This document shows, piece by piece, positions 1 through 14,180 of a stretch of DNA of 64,000 nt (position 1 is the first letter of the stretch; the number at the start of each line of letters is the position of its first letter). A model generated the notes under the pieces. It was not told the DNA's origin and searched no databases. It saw nothing but the letters and a program-made list of their open reading frames with translations. The translations under genes were made by a program, and so were the position numbers. Origin of the DNA: the human T2T-CHM13v2.0 reference genome, Homo sapiens; the NCBI RefSeq assembly GCF_009914755.1, contig NC_060925.1, one strand, 5' to 3'.

Positions 1-1435
1 GGTAGCTATAACCTTATGAAATGTGTTTCTGAAATCACAAGACTTGAAGGTTGGAAATCACTACATGATTGATAGGCTGCAGAATGGATGTTGTGTTAGC
101 AGGCATGAACACATTTATCTCCTAGTACATCTCCATCCAAGCTCTTGGGTGACCAGGTGCATTGTCAATGAGCAGTAATCTTTTGAAAGGAATCTTTGTT
201 TCTGAGCAGTAGGTCTCAACAGGGGGCTTAAAATATTCAGTAAACCACACCATAAACTGATGTGCTGTTATCCAGGATTTATTGTTCCATTTCTAAGAGC
301 ACAGGCAGAGTAGATTTAGCATAATTCTTAAGGGCCTTAGGATCTTTGGAATGGTAAATGAGCATTGGCTTCAACTTAAGGTCACCAGCTACATTAGCCC
401 CTAACAAGAGAGTCAGCCTGTCCTTTGAAACTCTGAAGCCAGGTATTGATTTTTCTCTATGAAAGTCCTAGATGACATCTTCTAATAGAAGGCTGTTTCA
501 TCTACGTTGAAAATCTGTTGTTTAGTGTAGCCACCTTCATCGATTATCTTAGCTAGATCTCCTGGATAACTTGCTGCAGCTTCTACATCATCATTTGCTG
601 CTTCATCTTGCATTTTTATATTATGGATATGGCTTCTTTCCTTAAGCCTCATTAACCAATCTCTGCTAACTTCCAACTTTCCTTCTGTAGCTTCTTCACC
701 TCTCTCAGCCTTCATAGAATGGAAAAGAATCAGGGCTTTGCTTTGGATTAGGCTTTGGCTCAAGGGAAGGTTGTGGCTGGTTTGATCTTCTATCAAAACC
801 ACTCAATTTTTCTGCATATCAACAATAAGCCTGCTTTGGCTGTTTTGCTTTCTTACCATTCTTGTGTTCACTGGAATAGCACTTTTAATTTCTTTGAAGA
901 ACTTTTCCTTTAAATTCACAACTTGGCTAACTGTTTGGCTCAAAAGACCTAGCTTTTGGCCTATTTTGGCTTTTGACATGCCTTCGTCACTAAGCTTAAC
1001 CATTTCTAACTTTTGACTTAACTTGACTTATCTTGAATGCTTAGAAGCCGCTGTAGGGTTATTAATTGGCCTAATTTCAATATTGTTGTGTGTCAGGAAA
1101 TAAGGAGACCCAAGGAGACAGAGAGATGGGAGAATAGCTAGTTAGTGGAGCAGTCAGAACACACACAATATTTCTTGAATAACTTCACTGTCTTATATGG
1201 GTGCTGTTCATGGACACCAAAATAATTATGATAGTAACATCAAAGACTACTGATCACAGATCACTATAATAGATATAATCATGATGAAAATGTTTGAAAT
1301 ACTGTGAGAATTACCAAAATGTGATATAGAGACATGAAGTGAACACATGCTATTGGAAAAAAAAAATAGGGTTGACACAAACTAATTTTTTTAAAACGCA
1401 GTATCTGTGAAGTGCAATATAATAAAGTATGCCTG
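1..1435 (-). mobile_element. Tigger1 DNA transposon (TcMar-Tigger), 5' part with decayed transposase; runs off the window start
   Basis: The reverse complement starts CAGGCATAC at 1435, flanked by TA at 1436-1437. ORFs 803-1003 and 482-802 give Tigger1 transposase peptides ([19 protein letters not shown]; [15 protein letters not shown]) broken by stops. Confidence 0.95.
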
Positions 1436-1437
1436 TA

Positions 1438-1548
1438 TTAAATAAGTCTGTACGTTTGCTTTTTTTTCTTGTTAATCTGTCTTTTGCTATAGGGGTCTCC
1501 ACCATGAACCTAGCAATGGGTAAGGAAAGAAATCTTTTCTCCACTACA
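1438..1548 (+). mobile_element. MER31-like ERV1 LTR 3' end (apparent host of the Tigger1)
   Basis: Contains TTGTTAATCTGTCTTTTGCTATAGGGG...TTTTCTCCACTACA, the same family as the reverse copy at 9443-9913. Confidence 0.6.
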
Positions 1549-1724
1549 CAGGCAAACTTTCTTCTCCGTGTTAGTATGCACACAGGCTCTTTTCTCTCAT
1601 CTCTAGAGCTAGACTAATTTAACTTGAACTTAAAAATGTTGACTCTGTGTGCTACATAACGTATAGTCTCAAAAAGCTGACAATATTCATAAAATATGTT
1701 TATAAGTCCCAAAGAAAATGTTTT

Positions 1725-1835
1725 GGCAAGGTGCAGTGGTTCATGCCTGTAATCCCAGGACTTTAGGAGGCCAAGGTGAGAGGGTCATTTGAGATCAGGA
1801 GTTCAAGACAGCCTGGGTGACATAGCAAGACTCCA
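1725..1835 (+). mobile_element. Alu monomer (FLAM-like)
   Basis: Runs GGCAAGGTGCAGTGGTTCATGCCTGTAATCCCAG...CAGCCTGGGTGACATAGCAAGACTCC, with no right arm. Confidence 0.85.
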
Positions 1836-2049
<214 letters not shown>

Positions 2050-2079
2050 TTTCCATTACACCTGGAAAAACCTGGGCAT

Positions 2080-2275
2080 TGCAGTCAGGTCTGAATTAGT
2101 CAGCACAGCTAATTTCTAAGATGATCTTTGTTAAGCTACTTTTCCTCATCTATAAAACAAGTATATAATTAATATTCACAAACTTGCCGTAAGGATCAAA
2201 ACCGATAACGTACATGGAGTGCTTGGCACAGCTTGGTATATTTTGGGGGCTTAAGGACTAATCACTATTATTATT
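2080..2275 (+). mobile_element. MIR fragment
   Basis: MIR core TTTCCTCATCTATAAAA...AAGGATCAAA...GTGCTTGGCACAG. Confidence 0.65.
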
Positions 2276-2288
2276 AATATTAATACTA

Positions 2289-2585
2289 GGGCACGGCACC
2301 ATGGCTCACACTTGTAATCCCAGTGCTTTTGGGAGGCTGAGGCGGGCGGATCACCTGAGGTCGGGGTTCAAGACCAGCCTCACCAACATGGAGAAACCCC
2401 ATCTCTACTAAAAATACAAAATTAGCCAGGCGTGGTGGCGCATGCCTGTAATCCCAGCTACTCGGGAGGCTGAGGCAGGAGAATCTCTTGAACCCGGGAG
2501 GCGGGGTTGTGGTGAGCCAAGATCACGCCATTGCGCTCCACCCTGGGCAACAAGAGCGAAACTCTGTCTCAAAACAAAACAAACA

Positions 2586-2587
<2 letters not shown>
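2289..2587 (+). mobile_element. Alu (AluSp/Sq-like)
   Basis: Full dimer containing ACCAACATGGAGAAACCCC. Confidence 0.93.
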
Positions 2588-2644
<57 letters not shown>

Positions 2645-2648
2645 ATAC
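2588..2648. repeat. (TA)n microsatellite
   Basis: Perfect AT dinucleotide run after the Alu tail. Confidence 0.97.
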
Positions 2649-3164
2649 TAGATATGGCCTAATATATTTTCTAATGAGACTAGTGCTGGGATAGAAGAGA
2701 CCTGGGATACTTTCCTTGAAAGCTAGATCTGAGTCTTCCTTTCCCTGAGAATACAGTACATGGTAGGTGCTCAATTTTTATAGAGTAAGTCAATGAATGA
2801 ATGAACAACATAATAGAAAGAATACTACAAAGGAATTCAAGAGTCCTAGCTACTTGACTTACTTCAACCACTAATTAAATAACTGAGGACCTGTGGATTT
2901 TAGATGCCCACTGTGGTCCCTTTTGTCTTTCACACTGCTTGATTCTGATGTGAAATGAAAAGGTCCAAAATAAACATGAGAAAAGAAAATAAAACTCTTA
3001 TTCTGTCCCTGAAAATTGTTCCTGTGGACAGAATTTTGCCCCCTCGATATCCATATATTGAAGCCCCAACCTCCAATGTGGCTAATTGGGAAATTGGGCC
3101 CTGATGGAAATTATTAAGGTTAAATTCATAAGGATATGTCTCTGATGCAATAAAATTAGTTACT

Positions 3165-3585
3165 TAAACAATTGCAAAAATATGGAACCAGCCCAAATGC
3201 CCATCAATGGAGTGGATAAAGAAAATGTGAGATATATCTATATCTATATCTATATCTATATCTATATCTATACACACACACAATGGAATATTACTCAGTC
3301 ATAAAAAGAAACAAAATAATGGCATTTGCAGCAACATGTATGGAATTGGAGACTATCATTCTAAGTGAAGTAACTCAGGAATAGGAAACCAAACATCATA
3401 TACTCTTACACATAAGTGGGAGCTAAGCTATGAGGATGCAAAGGCATAGGAATGATACAATGGAGTTTGGGGACTTAGGGGAAAAGGTGGGAGGGCTGAG
3501 GGATAAAAGACTGCACACTGGGTACAGTGTACTCCGTTAGGTACACATTGGGTACAGTGTACACAACCTCTTTAAAAAAAAAAAA
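3165..3585 (+). mobile_element. L1PB-like 3' end fragment
   Basis: TATGGAACCAGCCCAAATGCCCATCAA...CTAAGTGAAGTAACTCAGGAAT...GCTAAGCTATGAGGATGCAAAGGCAT followed by an A tail. Confidence 0.85.
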
Positions 3586-3607
3586 AGAAGGAGAAGAAGA
3601 GACACTA

Positions 3608-3772
3608 GCACCTATAGCCTCAGCTACGCAGGAGCATGAGGCAGGAAGGATCCCTTGAGCCCAGGAGTTCAAGGCTGCAGTGAGCTATGATCATGTCACT
3701 TCATTCCCGCTTGGGAGACAAAGCAAGACCCCATCTCTAAGAAAGAAAAAAAAAGAGAGAGAGAGAGAGAGA
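3608..3772 (+). mobile_element. Alu right monomer (FRAM/AluJ-like) with A/(GA)n tail
   Basis: Contains CTTGAGCCCAGGAGTTCAAGGCTGCAGTGAGCTATGATC. Confidence 0.8.
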
Positions 3773-4397
3773 GACCAAAGAGCTTACTCTCTCTCCACCA
3801 TGCGAGGACACAATAAAGAGGTGGCCAACTGCAAGCCAGGAAACGAGCCCCTAGCCAGATGCCAAATCTGCTGGTACCTTGATCTTGGATTTCCCAGACT
3901 CCACAACTGTGAGAAAATAAATTTCTGTTGTTTAAGCTGCCCAGTCTGTGATGTTTTGTTATGGTGGCCCAAGCTAAGACACCTGTTATATACCATATCC
4001 ATTAGAAATATCCAACTCTATATTTGGAGTTCTCTAAGAATATCATTTTTAATCTCCACATTGCACCGCATTCGAAACCCCTGTAAGTTTTATATCCAGC
4101 TGTTCCTTAAATGAAATTACTGCATCACAGCAACAGATAGGAAATTCTAATAAACTACTCATTGAGTTGAATTTACAAACACTTAGGTACTACACTTCAG
4201 AACATTAATCATCATTTTTGTAAAGCTGACATTCTTTACTCTTTTGTTTACTTGACATTTATCGAACAAATTCATGTTTGTTAAAGAAGTTTAAAGAAGT
4301 ATTCGATGCAAAGTCTCTAAGATACTAAAGTAAATTTAATCATCAATTTATCCTAACAAACTGAATTCTGTCATAGCTAAAAGAATGGGAAATTCCC

Positions 4398-4733
<336 letters not shown>

Positions 4734-4857
4734 CTAAGGAAAAATGAGGCTTTTGACAAATTCTAAGACCAACTAGAGTAGGGCATGGTTTCCTGGTGAA
4801 GATGAAATTTCTGAATAAACAGGTCCCACCTGGGAGATATTTACAGCTTCCAAACCT

Positions 4858-5128
4858 ATGCTGCTCCATATGGTAGCTACCAGCCAAATGTGACTATGGA
4901 GCACTAGAAATATTGCTAGGAAAAATTGAGATGTTCTGTAAGTGATATATCTCATTAATAATCTTTATATTTATTGTATGTTAAAATAATAACATTTTGG
5001 ATATATTGGGATAAATACAACATATTATTAAAATTAATTTTACCCTTTTTTAAACTTTTTAATGTGGCTACTAGAAAATTTAAAATTATATATGTGGATG
5101 GCATTACATTTCTATTGAATAGTACTGT
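4858..5128 (-). mobile_element. MER33 (hAT-Charlie MITE)
   Basis: GGTAGCTACCAGCCAAATGTGACTATGGAGCACT...AATGTGGCTACTAGAAAATTTAAAATTATATATGTGG...TTTCTATTGAATAGTACTG. Confidence 0.8.
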
Positions 5129-5544
5129 TCTAATTAATTCCTTGTCATATCTGAAAGTCTGTAGTTAGTTGAAGTATAAGGCAAGGACTAAATACAACCA
5201 ACAAATATATTTTATTTGGCCCACACAATTAAAACAATTTGTAATTGATTGGCAGCATTTAAACATTGACAGATTTCACATCAAAATGCAGGCTCTCACC
5301 TTCCTTTGAAAAGTCAGATCAAGAAACACTGGACCTGCATTTCTGAATGGCAACAGAAGGAGCAATGGCTGAAACTGATTAGTAGCTCTCCTCTTTGAGC
5401 AAGACATGAGCTTTGCAGTTCACCCTGGCCTATTTCCCCTTTTCTGTCAGGTTCTTGTGGAATTTTGATGTTTGGCTATAGAGAGAGGGGCTTTAAACAT
5501 GAGTGGAGTGAAGGGGAAGTGCATTTTTCAGCCATGTACGGATC

Positions 5545-5730
5545 TCTGATTGAATTCCAGTTCAAGCATGTAAATGGCCCTGTGACTTTGGGGTACAGGG
5601 TACTCAATTGATTTCCTCATCAGTAAAATGGGAATGATAATAGCTACATTGTAGAAACTACTAACAATTAAATAAGGTAAAATATATTTGGGAGTTGCCT
5701 CACAGTAGTTGTTTAATGAATTATTATTTC
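5545..5730 (+). mobile_element. MIR fragment
   Basis: TGTGACTTTGGG...TTTCCTCATCAGTAAAATGGGAATGATAATAG. Confidence 0.7.
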
Positions 5731-6189
5731 TCTCCTTTGGCTGACTCAATATTTTTGGGGGAACTGGGGGTGTTGATGCAGTCAGATATAGCAAGATGCT
5801 AAGTGGTTTTTACAATGCCCAGTATTAACAAAAGTGTAGATGCTATTTCCCTAGAGTGCAAGGCAAAGATCTTGGGAGAAAGGAAATCTTTCAACATTTT
5901 TCTTAGGAGCCACACATAATTAAAACGCTCTTATTAACTGAAGATGATTTTTTATTTCTCAATTAGAAATGAAGACTTTGGATGTTTGACATCTATGCAG
6001 GTTTATCAAGTCACACCGAACCCCAATAAGGGCAGGTTTGGGGTGCCATGGTTCAGCTTTGTTTCACATCCCCAGTAGCACACATAATTGCACAAGCCAA
6101 ACTTTTCATACCTATAGATACTATGATTTACTGTGACCAAAAGACAAGGAGAAAAAAACGGAATGAAAAGGATGCAAAAGATTAGAGAG

Positions 6190-7655
6190 CCAGGCATCTG
6201 ATAAGGGTTTAATATCTAAAATATATAAGAAACTCAAACAACTCAATAGTAAGAGAACAGATAATCCAATTTTAAAATGGGCCGAGGATCTGAACAGACA
6301 TTTCTGTAAAAAAGACATGCAATGGACAAGAGGTATATTAAAAAATGCTCCACATCATTAATCATCAGAGAAATGCAAAATAAAACCACAATGAGATATC
6401 ACCACACACCTGTTACAGCAGCAATTATCAAAAAGGCAAAAGACAAGGGTTGGAGAGGATGTGGAAAAGAAGGAATCCTTGCACATTGCTGGTGGAAATA
6501 GAAACTAGTACAGCCATTATGAAAAACAATATGGAGGTTGCTCCAAAAATTTAAAAAAGAACTAGCATGATTTAGAAATCCCACTACTGGGTATACATCC
6601 AAAGAATATGAAATCAGTATGTCAAAGAGATAACTGCACTCTCATGTTCATTGCGGCATTATTCACAATAGCTAAGAGGTAAAATCGACCTACATACATA
6701 CATACTATGTATGTATATATACATACTGGATGCTTCTTTGGCCTTGTATGTATATGTATATGTCATATATGTATACGTATATGCATACGTATACGTATAT
6801 GTATATACATATACATATAGGTAGAATCAACCTAAGCGTCCAGTATGTATATACACATATATACACATATGTGTGTATACCCATATATGTACACATGTGT
6901 ATATACCCATATATGTATACATATGTGGGTACCCATATATATGTACATATGTGGGTACCCATATATATGTACATATATACATATATGGGTACCCATATAT
7001 ACCCATATACCCATATACCCATATGTAACCATATATATGTATACATATATGGGTATATACACATATATATATAGAGAGAGGGAGAGGAAGAGGAAGAGAG
7101 AGAGTGAGAGAGAAGCATATTGGAATGGAATACAATAGTATATACACACACAATGGAATACTATCCACCCTTTAAAAAGAAGAAACTCCTGTCATTTGGA
7201 ATAAGTGGATGAACCTGGGGGACATTATGGTAAGTGAAATAAACTAGGCATGGAAAGATGAACACTGCATGATCTCATTTATAAGTGGAGTATAAAAAAG
7301 TTGAATTCATAAAAATAGAGAGTAAAATGGTGGTTAGAGGGGCTCAGGGCATGAAGGACTGGGGAGATGTGGGCAAAGGATACAAAGGATACAAAATTTC
7401 AATTAGATGGGAGAAATAAAGAGATCTATTGTGCAACATGGTGACTATAGTTAATAACAATGTATTATATTCTTGAGAATTGCTAAAATAATAGACTTTT
7501 GTAATGTTCTCATTACAAAAAGGATAAATGTGAAGTAATGCACATTAATTAGTTCAACTTAGACATTTCACATATAGTATACATATTTCAAAACAACATG
7601 TATACAATAAATATACACAATTTTTGTCAATTTAAAAATAAATTTAAAAAATTAA
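6190..7655 (+). mobile_element. L1MA-type ORF2 end and 3' UTR, interrupted by a complex microsatellite
   Basis: ATCTGATAAGGGTTTAATATC...GAAATGCAAAATAAAACCACAATGAGATATCACC...GTGACTATAGTTAATAACAATGTATT, then an A-rich end. Confidence 0.9.
6691..7112. repeat. Complex TA/CA/TG low-complexity repeat with GGGTACCC palindromic units, then GA-rich
   Basis: Direct inspection. Confidence 0.95.
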
Positions 7656-8445
7656 AGAAACGCTAATGAACTATGGACTATAGTTAATTTTTTTAAATGA
7701 GAGAGCAAAAATTGATGAAAAAATTTCCTATTTTACAGAAGCTGGGGCACAAACCAGAATGATTTGTTCTGTAGACTTGCCCCTCTTGGCATAAAATTTG
7801 TATCTCATTTGAGTACCATCCTGTTCAATAATAGCCGCTGACTGGACTCAAATACCTGCCCTTCACAGTTCTTACATCATGATTCATATACTCTCCCAGC
7901 TCTTTTTGACTGCCCGCAATTACTTGTGACAAATGATTCTTCAGTGTATTGTCTGCTTTACCTTTTCCAAACGTTTCCATGGTTCACAAATAAGTCATCT
8001 GGTGTATACTGTACTGTCTCTCCAACAGTAAAGCCAGGCATCGAGGGGCTCCTCCCAAAATTCTATTGTATTCTGCAAGTTGGCTACTCAAAGTAAGAAT
8101 CCTTGTAGAACACACAAATAAATTTCGTTTGAATACTTTAGTTAACTATAACAAAAACAAACAGATAAAAACTAGAAGAAAATATAAGTTATTAGTTATC
8201 TGTCTCAGATTGGGAAGGACTATCCAAAGTAATGGTAAAAATTCCAAATAATAGATCAAAATATTTGATGACACAAACATGTTGTAATTTAATTTTTTAT
8301 GGCTTAAAAAGGAATCTGGAAAAAATAAATGAATAAACTGGAAAAATATGTTACAAATATGAGAAAGAATAATTATCTTTCATATGTGATGAATGCATAG
8401 ATATTGATAATGGAAAAAACTAAAGATCTATTAGAAAAATAAATA

Positions 8446-8782
<337 letters not shown>

Positions 8783-9070
8783 TTAATAGAATCAAAGGTA
8801 AGAAATAGCTAATAAAGTACTAGAAGTACTCTCAACCTTGCCAGTAACCAAATAATTTTGAATTAAGAAATCTTTTTTTTTTTACCCATCAGATAGATCA
8901 AGTTTTGTCTAAATGTTAATACTCACTTTGGGACAGGATATGGTAAAATGAGCAAACTCATTCACTGATACATTAGTACCTTTCTAGAAAGCAAAGCCTT
9001 TAAAAATTTCCAACATCTTTCAACTTTCCTGTAAAACTGAAATTTTTCAAAATAAAAAATTGAAATATAA

Positions 9071-9411
<341 letters not shown>

Positions 9412-9442
9412 CATATTTTCTTAAGAAAATACTTCAAACATA

Positions 9443-9913
9443 TTGTATGGGAGAAAAGATATCTTACACCTCGCTGGTTATGGCTGAGTCACCCGTAACA
9501 AATGACAGATTAACAACAGAACAGCATACATATATAAGTTTTACATGATGCAGAAGCCTTCAAAAATGAAGACCCAAAGAAACAAGGAAACCTGTGCCAT
9601 TTTGTGCTAAGTTTGATGAAGAAGTGTATAGCTGTGGAGAAGTATGATTGCACAAAGCGGGTATGACCTAATGGTGATAAACTAGGGGGAACTTAGACAG
9701 GCCTATCTATTCAGATTCTTCTCTGTGTCCTTGTGTCTTCAGAGATAAAGATGCCCCTCTCCTCCAGGTATAGGGAGAGTACTTCTCCAATGAGAGTTTT
9801 ACAACCTGCTTCAGAGGAGAAGGACGGCATAAGGTCAGAGTGACCTTCCTGTTTCTGATGTTTCCTTAAATGCCAGGATGCCTTATTTGGGGGCAGCATG
9901 CTTTGAATCCCAT
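9443..9913 (-). mobile_element. MER31-like ERV1 solo LTR
   Basis: Reverse strand begins GATGGGATTCAAAGCATGCTGCCCCAAATAAGGCATCCTGGCATTTAAGGAAACATCAGAAACAGGAAGGTCACTCTGACCTT and ends TTTTCTCCCATACA. Confidence 0.7.
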
Positions 9914-9989
9914 CTTATATGTCATATATATGTAATTTTAAAAATTATAAATCTAACCATTCTTTTAAAGGGATCTAATTTTTTCTCTA

Positions 9990-10182
9990 AAGTGGTAATT
10001 CTTAAAGTGTGGTCTTTGGACCGTTTGCAAAAGCATCACCTGGAAATATGTTAGAAATGCAAATTCTCGCACTCACCCAGCTTTACTGATCCAGAAATTC
10101 TGGGGGTGTGGCCCAGCAATACGTGTTTTCACAAGCCTTCCAGGTGATTCTGATGCACACTGAGGTCTGAGAACCACTGCTG
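9990..10182 (+). mobile_element. MER5A (hAT-Charlie MITE)
   Basis: AGCATCACCTGGAAATATGTTAGAAATGCAAATTCTC...CAGGTGATTCTGATGCACACTGAGGTCTGAGAACCACTG. Confidence 0.88.
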
Positions 10183-10851
10183 TAAAGTTACAAAAAATAC
10201 AATGGATAGGATAATGTATTAAATAATTCTATGAGAACACAACCAAACAAAACTAGAGTGTGGGAAATTCTATGCAATCAATTCTCCATTTTTTTCAACA
10301 AATAAATGACTTGAGAGAGAAAAAAAGAAAAGGAAAGTACTAAAGGTTAAAGGAAGCTTAAGAGTTATAACAACGAAATAAATGTGTGGGTCTTATTTAA
10401 TCCTGTTTCAACTTTTTTAAAAAGATGTTTTGAGACAATTAGGAAAAATTAGACATGATTTTAAAGAATTATTATTTGTTTTACTGTGTGTGAACATTAT
10501 AATATGATTATGACTTTTAAACAGTCCTTTTAAAGTCCTTACCACTTCGAGATTTTAAGACTAGTTTTCTTAAACTGATTTTTTAAATTTTAAAACTAGT
10601 ATTAAAAATAAATGAAGTAAATATAGCAAAATATTAAAAACTATAAAACTTAGGTTATTAAAAATTGGAAGTTGAGTTCTTTCTACTTTTCTGTTCTTTT
10701 AAAATTTTCATAGTAAAAAATAGAAGCAAACAAAAACTTCAGATTGTTTAGCCAATAATTTCAATTTTAGAAATTTACCTTAAGAAAATATTCAGTCTCA
10801 GAAAATATTTTATTTTATTTTTATTTTATTTTATTTTATTTTATATATTTT

Positions 10852-11328
<477 letters not shown>

Positions 11329-11737
11329 TTAGAATGAACCCAAACATCCAAAAACAGTAGAAAGGTATAATAAATTATGAGACTTTCATGTAATATAAAT
11401 ATAATACAGTATATTCAGTAACATACTAAAGATGTTATTATTTTTTTAAAAAGTGAGATACAACAAAACACATACAGTATGATTCTTGTTTTGTTAAAGT
11501 AAAAAACACATCCAAGAAAAAAAGAGGAGATGGATTTTCAGGGGCCAATTTAAAAAAAAAAATTTTTTTTTTAAAGACTAGAAGGAACTATATCAAAATG
11601 TTAAGTGGAGTTTTCTCTAAACATTGGAGTTATAGATCATGTATATCTTCTTCTCTGAAACTTTCCACATTTTCCAAATGAACTATAAAGTGTATGCACT
11701 CTTCAGTAATATAAAAACATTTTTAATAAAAGCAAAA

Positions 11738-12050
11738 GAGCTGGGTGCAGTGACTCATTTCTGTAATCCCAGCACTTTGGAAGACTGAGGTGGGAGGATT
11801 GCTTGAGCCTAGGAGCTCAAGACCAGCCTGAGCCAACATAGTGATACCCCTCATCTCTACAAAAATCTTTAAAAAATCAGGGCCGGGCGTGGTAGCTCAC
11901 ACCTTTAATCCCAGCACTTTGGGAGGCCGAAGCGGGTGGATCATGAGGTCAGGAGTTCCAAGACTAGCCTTACCAACATGGTGAAACCCTGTCTCTACTA
12001 AAAATACCAAAAAAAAAAAAAAAAAAAAAAAAAAAAGAAAAAGAAAAAAA
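11738..12050 (+). mobile_element. Two tandem Alu left monomers (AluJ/FLAM-like 11738-11878; AluS-like 11881-12050)
   Basis: Both start with the Alu 5' end and stop at the TCTCTAC-A-rich linker; the second ends in a long poly(A). Confidence 0.88.
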
Positions 12051-12984
12051 TTAACCCGTTTCTTTATAAAGAAGAACTTTTTAACATTAGATCTGTTCAA
12101 AGTTGCATTTGCCTCAGGAGGCAAAGATGCTTCCTTCTCTGGAAATATTCAAACACAATGAACTACCAGAGGGTAAGGATGCTCCAAAGGGAGTACAAGT
12201 GTCAGACGGTGAGTGAGGTAGATGACCTGTTATAGTCTCTTACATCATTTAATATTCAACAAATATTATTGAGTAATGAACAAGACCAAAATCCCTGCTC
12301 TTCTGAATTCATAATCTTGTCAGCACCTGAATAGCTACTACAAACCTACTAGATTGCCAAATAGTCGATGCTAATTAAAAAACAAGGAACCCCCCTTCTT
12401 TAGAAGTGAGCAATTTATAAAGTCATTCATGTGTTCCTCTACTTCTTAGGAGACTTTCTTATTCATATTTAATCTCCATTATCTGGTATAAAGATCTTTA
12501 CTAATTGTTGACAAAAACATTCTCTTGAATACACTCCATATTCTCTGGTATTTCTTCAGCCCCTAACCTGGCATTTAGTAGTTAATTATGTTGTTAATGG
12601 AAAAGTGAGTAAGGCATAACCACAAACAACAATCACAAACTGAAAACGTATTTACAATTAATTTGGTTCTTTTTTTTTACATTAAACATGATCCTGAGGC
12701 AATGGCATTGATTTCAAGTTGAATATTGCCTGTATTGAAATTGCCGAAAGGAATATCAACCTTTATTTGCTCATATATTCCTTTTTTTAAGGTTAATCAT
12801 GTGTTCTTAATAGGAGTCTCCATAGGTTAAACTGGAGATCTTTTAAGTAATAGTATCTACAAACAATAGCATAGAGTTAACCAATTGAATATTAATATTC
12901 AAAGAGTAAACAGACCACATACCCATGGGGAAAAAAAATTAATGTTCACCATGGATGTATTTGCTAGAATGAGGGGACTTTTTA

Positions 12985-13335
12985 AAGAAAGTTTATCCTT
13001 TCTCACGTAACAGTCCAGTGAAGGGATTCAGGTCAGGGGTAGCTCTGCTCTACATGGTCATTCAACTACTCAGCTGATAACAGCTTTGCCATCTTCAACA
13101 CACAGCTTCCAAGGTTACCCTGGGCATCACTATTCCAGTCAGTCAGAAAGAGGAAAGGGTATGAGGATCATAACTAGAAGGTTTTAAGGGCCAGACTTGA
13201 AAGTGTTACAGAGCACCTCCACTCACATTCCACATCACAAAACCACGTCTAACTTCAAAAGAAGCCAGAAAACATAGTCAAGCTCTGATCCAGGAAGAGA
13301 AGACTGTATTTTATAGACTATAGGTTATCTCTGAC
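12985..13335 (-). mobile_element. Old MaLR LTR (MLT1K-like)
   Basis: GCCATCTTCAACACACAGCTTCCAAGGTTACC...GGGCCAGACTTGAAAGTG...CACTCACATTCC. Confidence 0.6.
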
Positions 13336-13959
13336 ATAATAGAATTGTAAATGAAACCTTAATTCTCTAAAATATTCTTCTCCCTAGAATATTTGCCAGT
13401 GGTTAGCCTCCAGTTAAATGTGCATGCTAGAGAAGACCCTTACAGAACATGGCCTCACAGTTCACAATTTATGAAGGGATTGTGTTGCGCAAGTTCACTT
13501 GTGAGTTTTCTAAAATATATTTTCTGATAGAAGAATAATAATAGACCAACTCACTTCATAAGATAAATTATTTATACTAAGTAATTTATCTTATGTAGAC
13601 AAACACTATGAAACCTGCTGAGTTTTGGACACAGTATAGAAGAATGAAATTTCCTCCCCTACTCATGGGGAAACAAAAAGGTTGACCTTAAAAAGCAAGT
13701 ATTTTAATTCAACACCTTATTACTTTGTTACTCTGCTTTCCTGAGGTGCCTATCCCCTTCATACTATGCCAAACGTCTCACGCAAGCTTATCCTAGTTTC
13801 CATTTCCCAATCATTACTCTCATCAATGTTGCCATCCTTTTTGTTAGTTTTTTTTTTAAGGCTAGTCAAGTGAAGCAGTCGGAGTGGAGAAAAAAATGCT
13901 GCCATTCTTATCTGAATGCTAAAGTAGAGGATTTGTATTTTTAAAAGTACTTTCACAGA

Positions 13960-14180
13960 TAAGCTTATAATAGTTAACATTTATTGAATATTTATCCTAT
14001 ACCAAAACTATGTTCTCCAAACTTCATTTTGCTCATTTACAAAATGGAGATAATAATGTTAACACTGATCTCATGAAGTTATTGTAAGGATGAAATGAGA
14101 TAATGCCTGTAAAGTGCCTTGCACCTTGCCTGACATTAATAAATTTACAAAATAAATGTTAGCTATTATTTTCCTAATTA
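13960..14180 (+). mobile_element. MIR fragments
   Basis: TTTGCTCATTTACAAAATGGAGATAATAATG...TTGTAAGGATGAAATGAGATAATGCCTGTAAAGTGC. Confidence 0.75.

Larger units (their letters stand above)
3023..3982 (+). mobile_element. MaLR LTR (MLT1A/B-like) split by an L1PB 3' end and an Alu right monomer
   Basis: 5' part TTGAAGCCCCAACCTCCAATGTGGCT at 3023-3160; 3' part CTTGATCTTGGATTTCCCAGACTCCACAACTGTGAGAAAATAAATTTCTGTTG...GCTAAGACA at 3785-3982. Confidence 0.8.

Noticed and set aside
482-1003. Transposase-like ORFs as a functional or domesticated TIGD gene
   Set aside because: Broken by stop codons and indels and bounded by a Tigger1 TIR, so an ordinary fossil.
6705-7168. Five overlapping 97-148 aa ORFs
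   Set aside because: Artefacts of a stop-poor TA/CA repeat.
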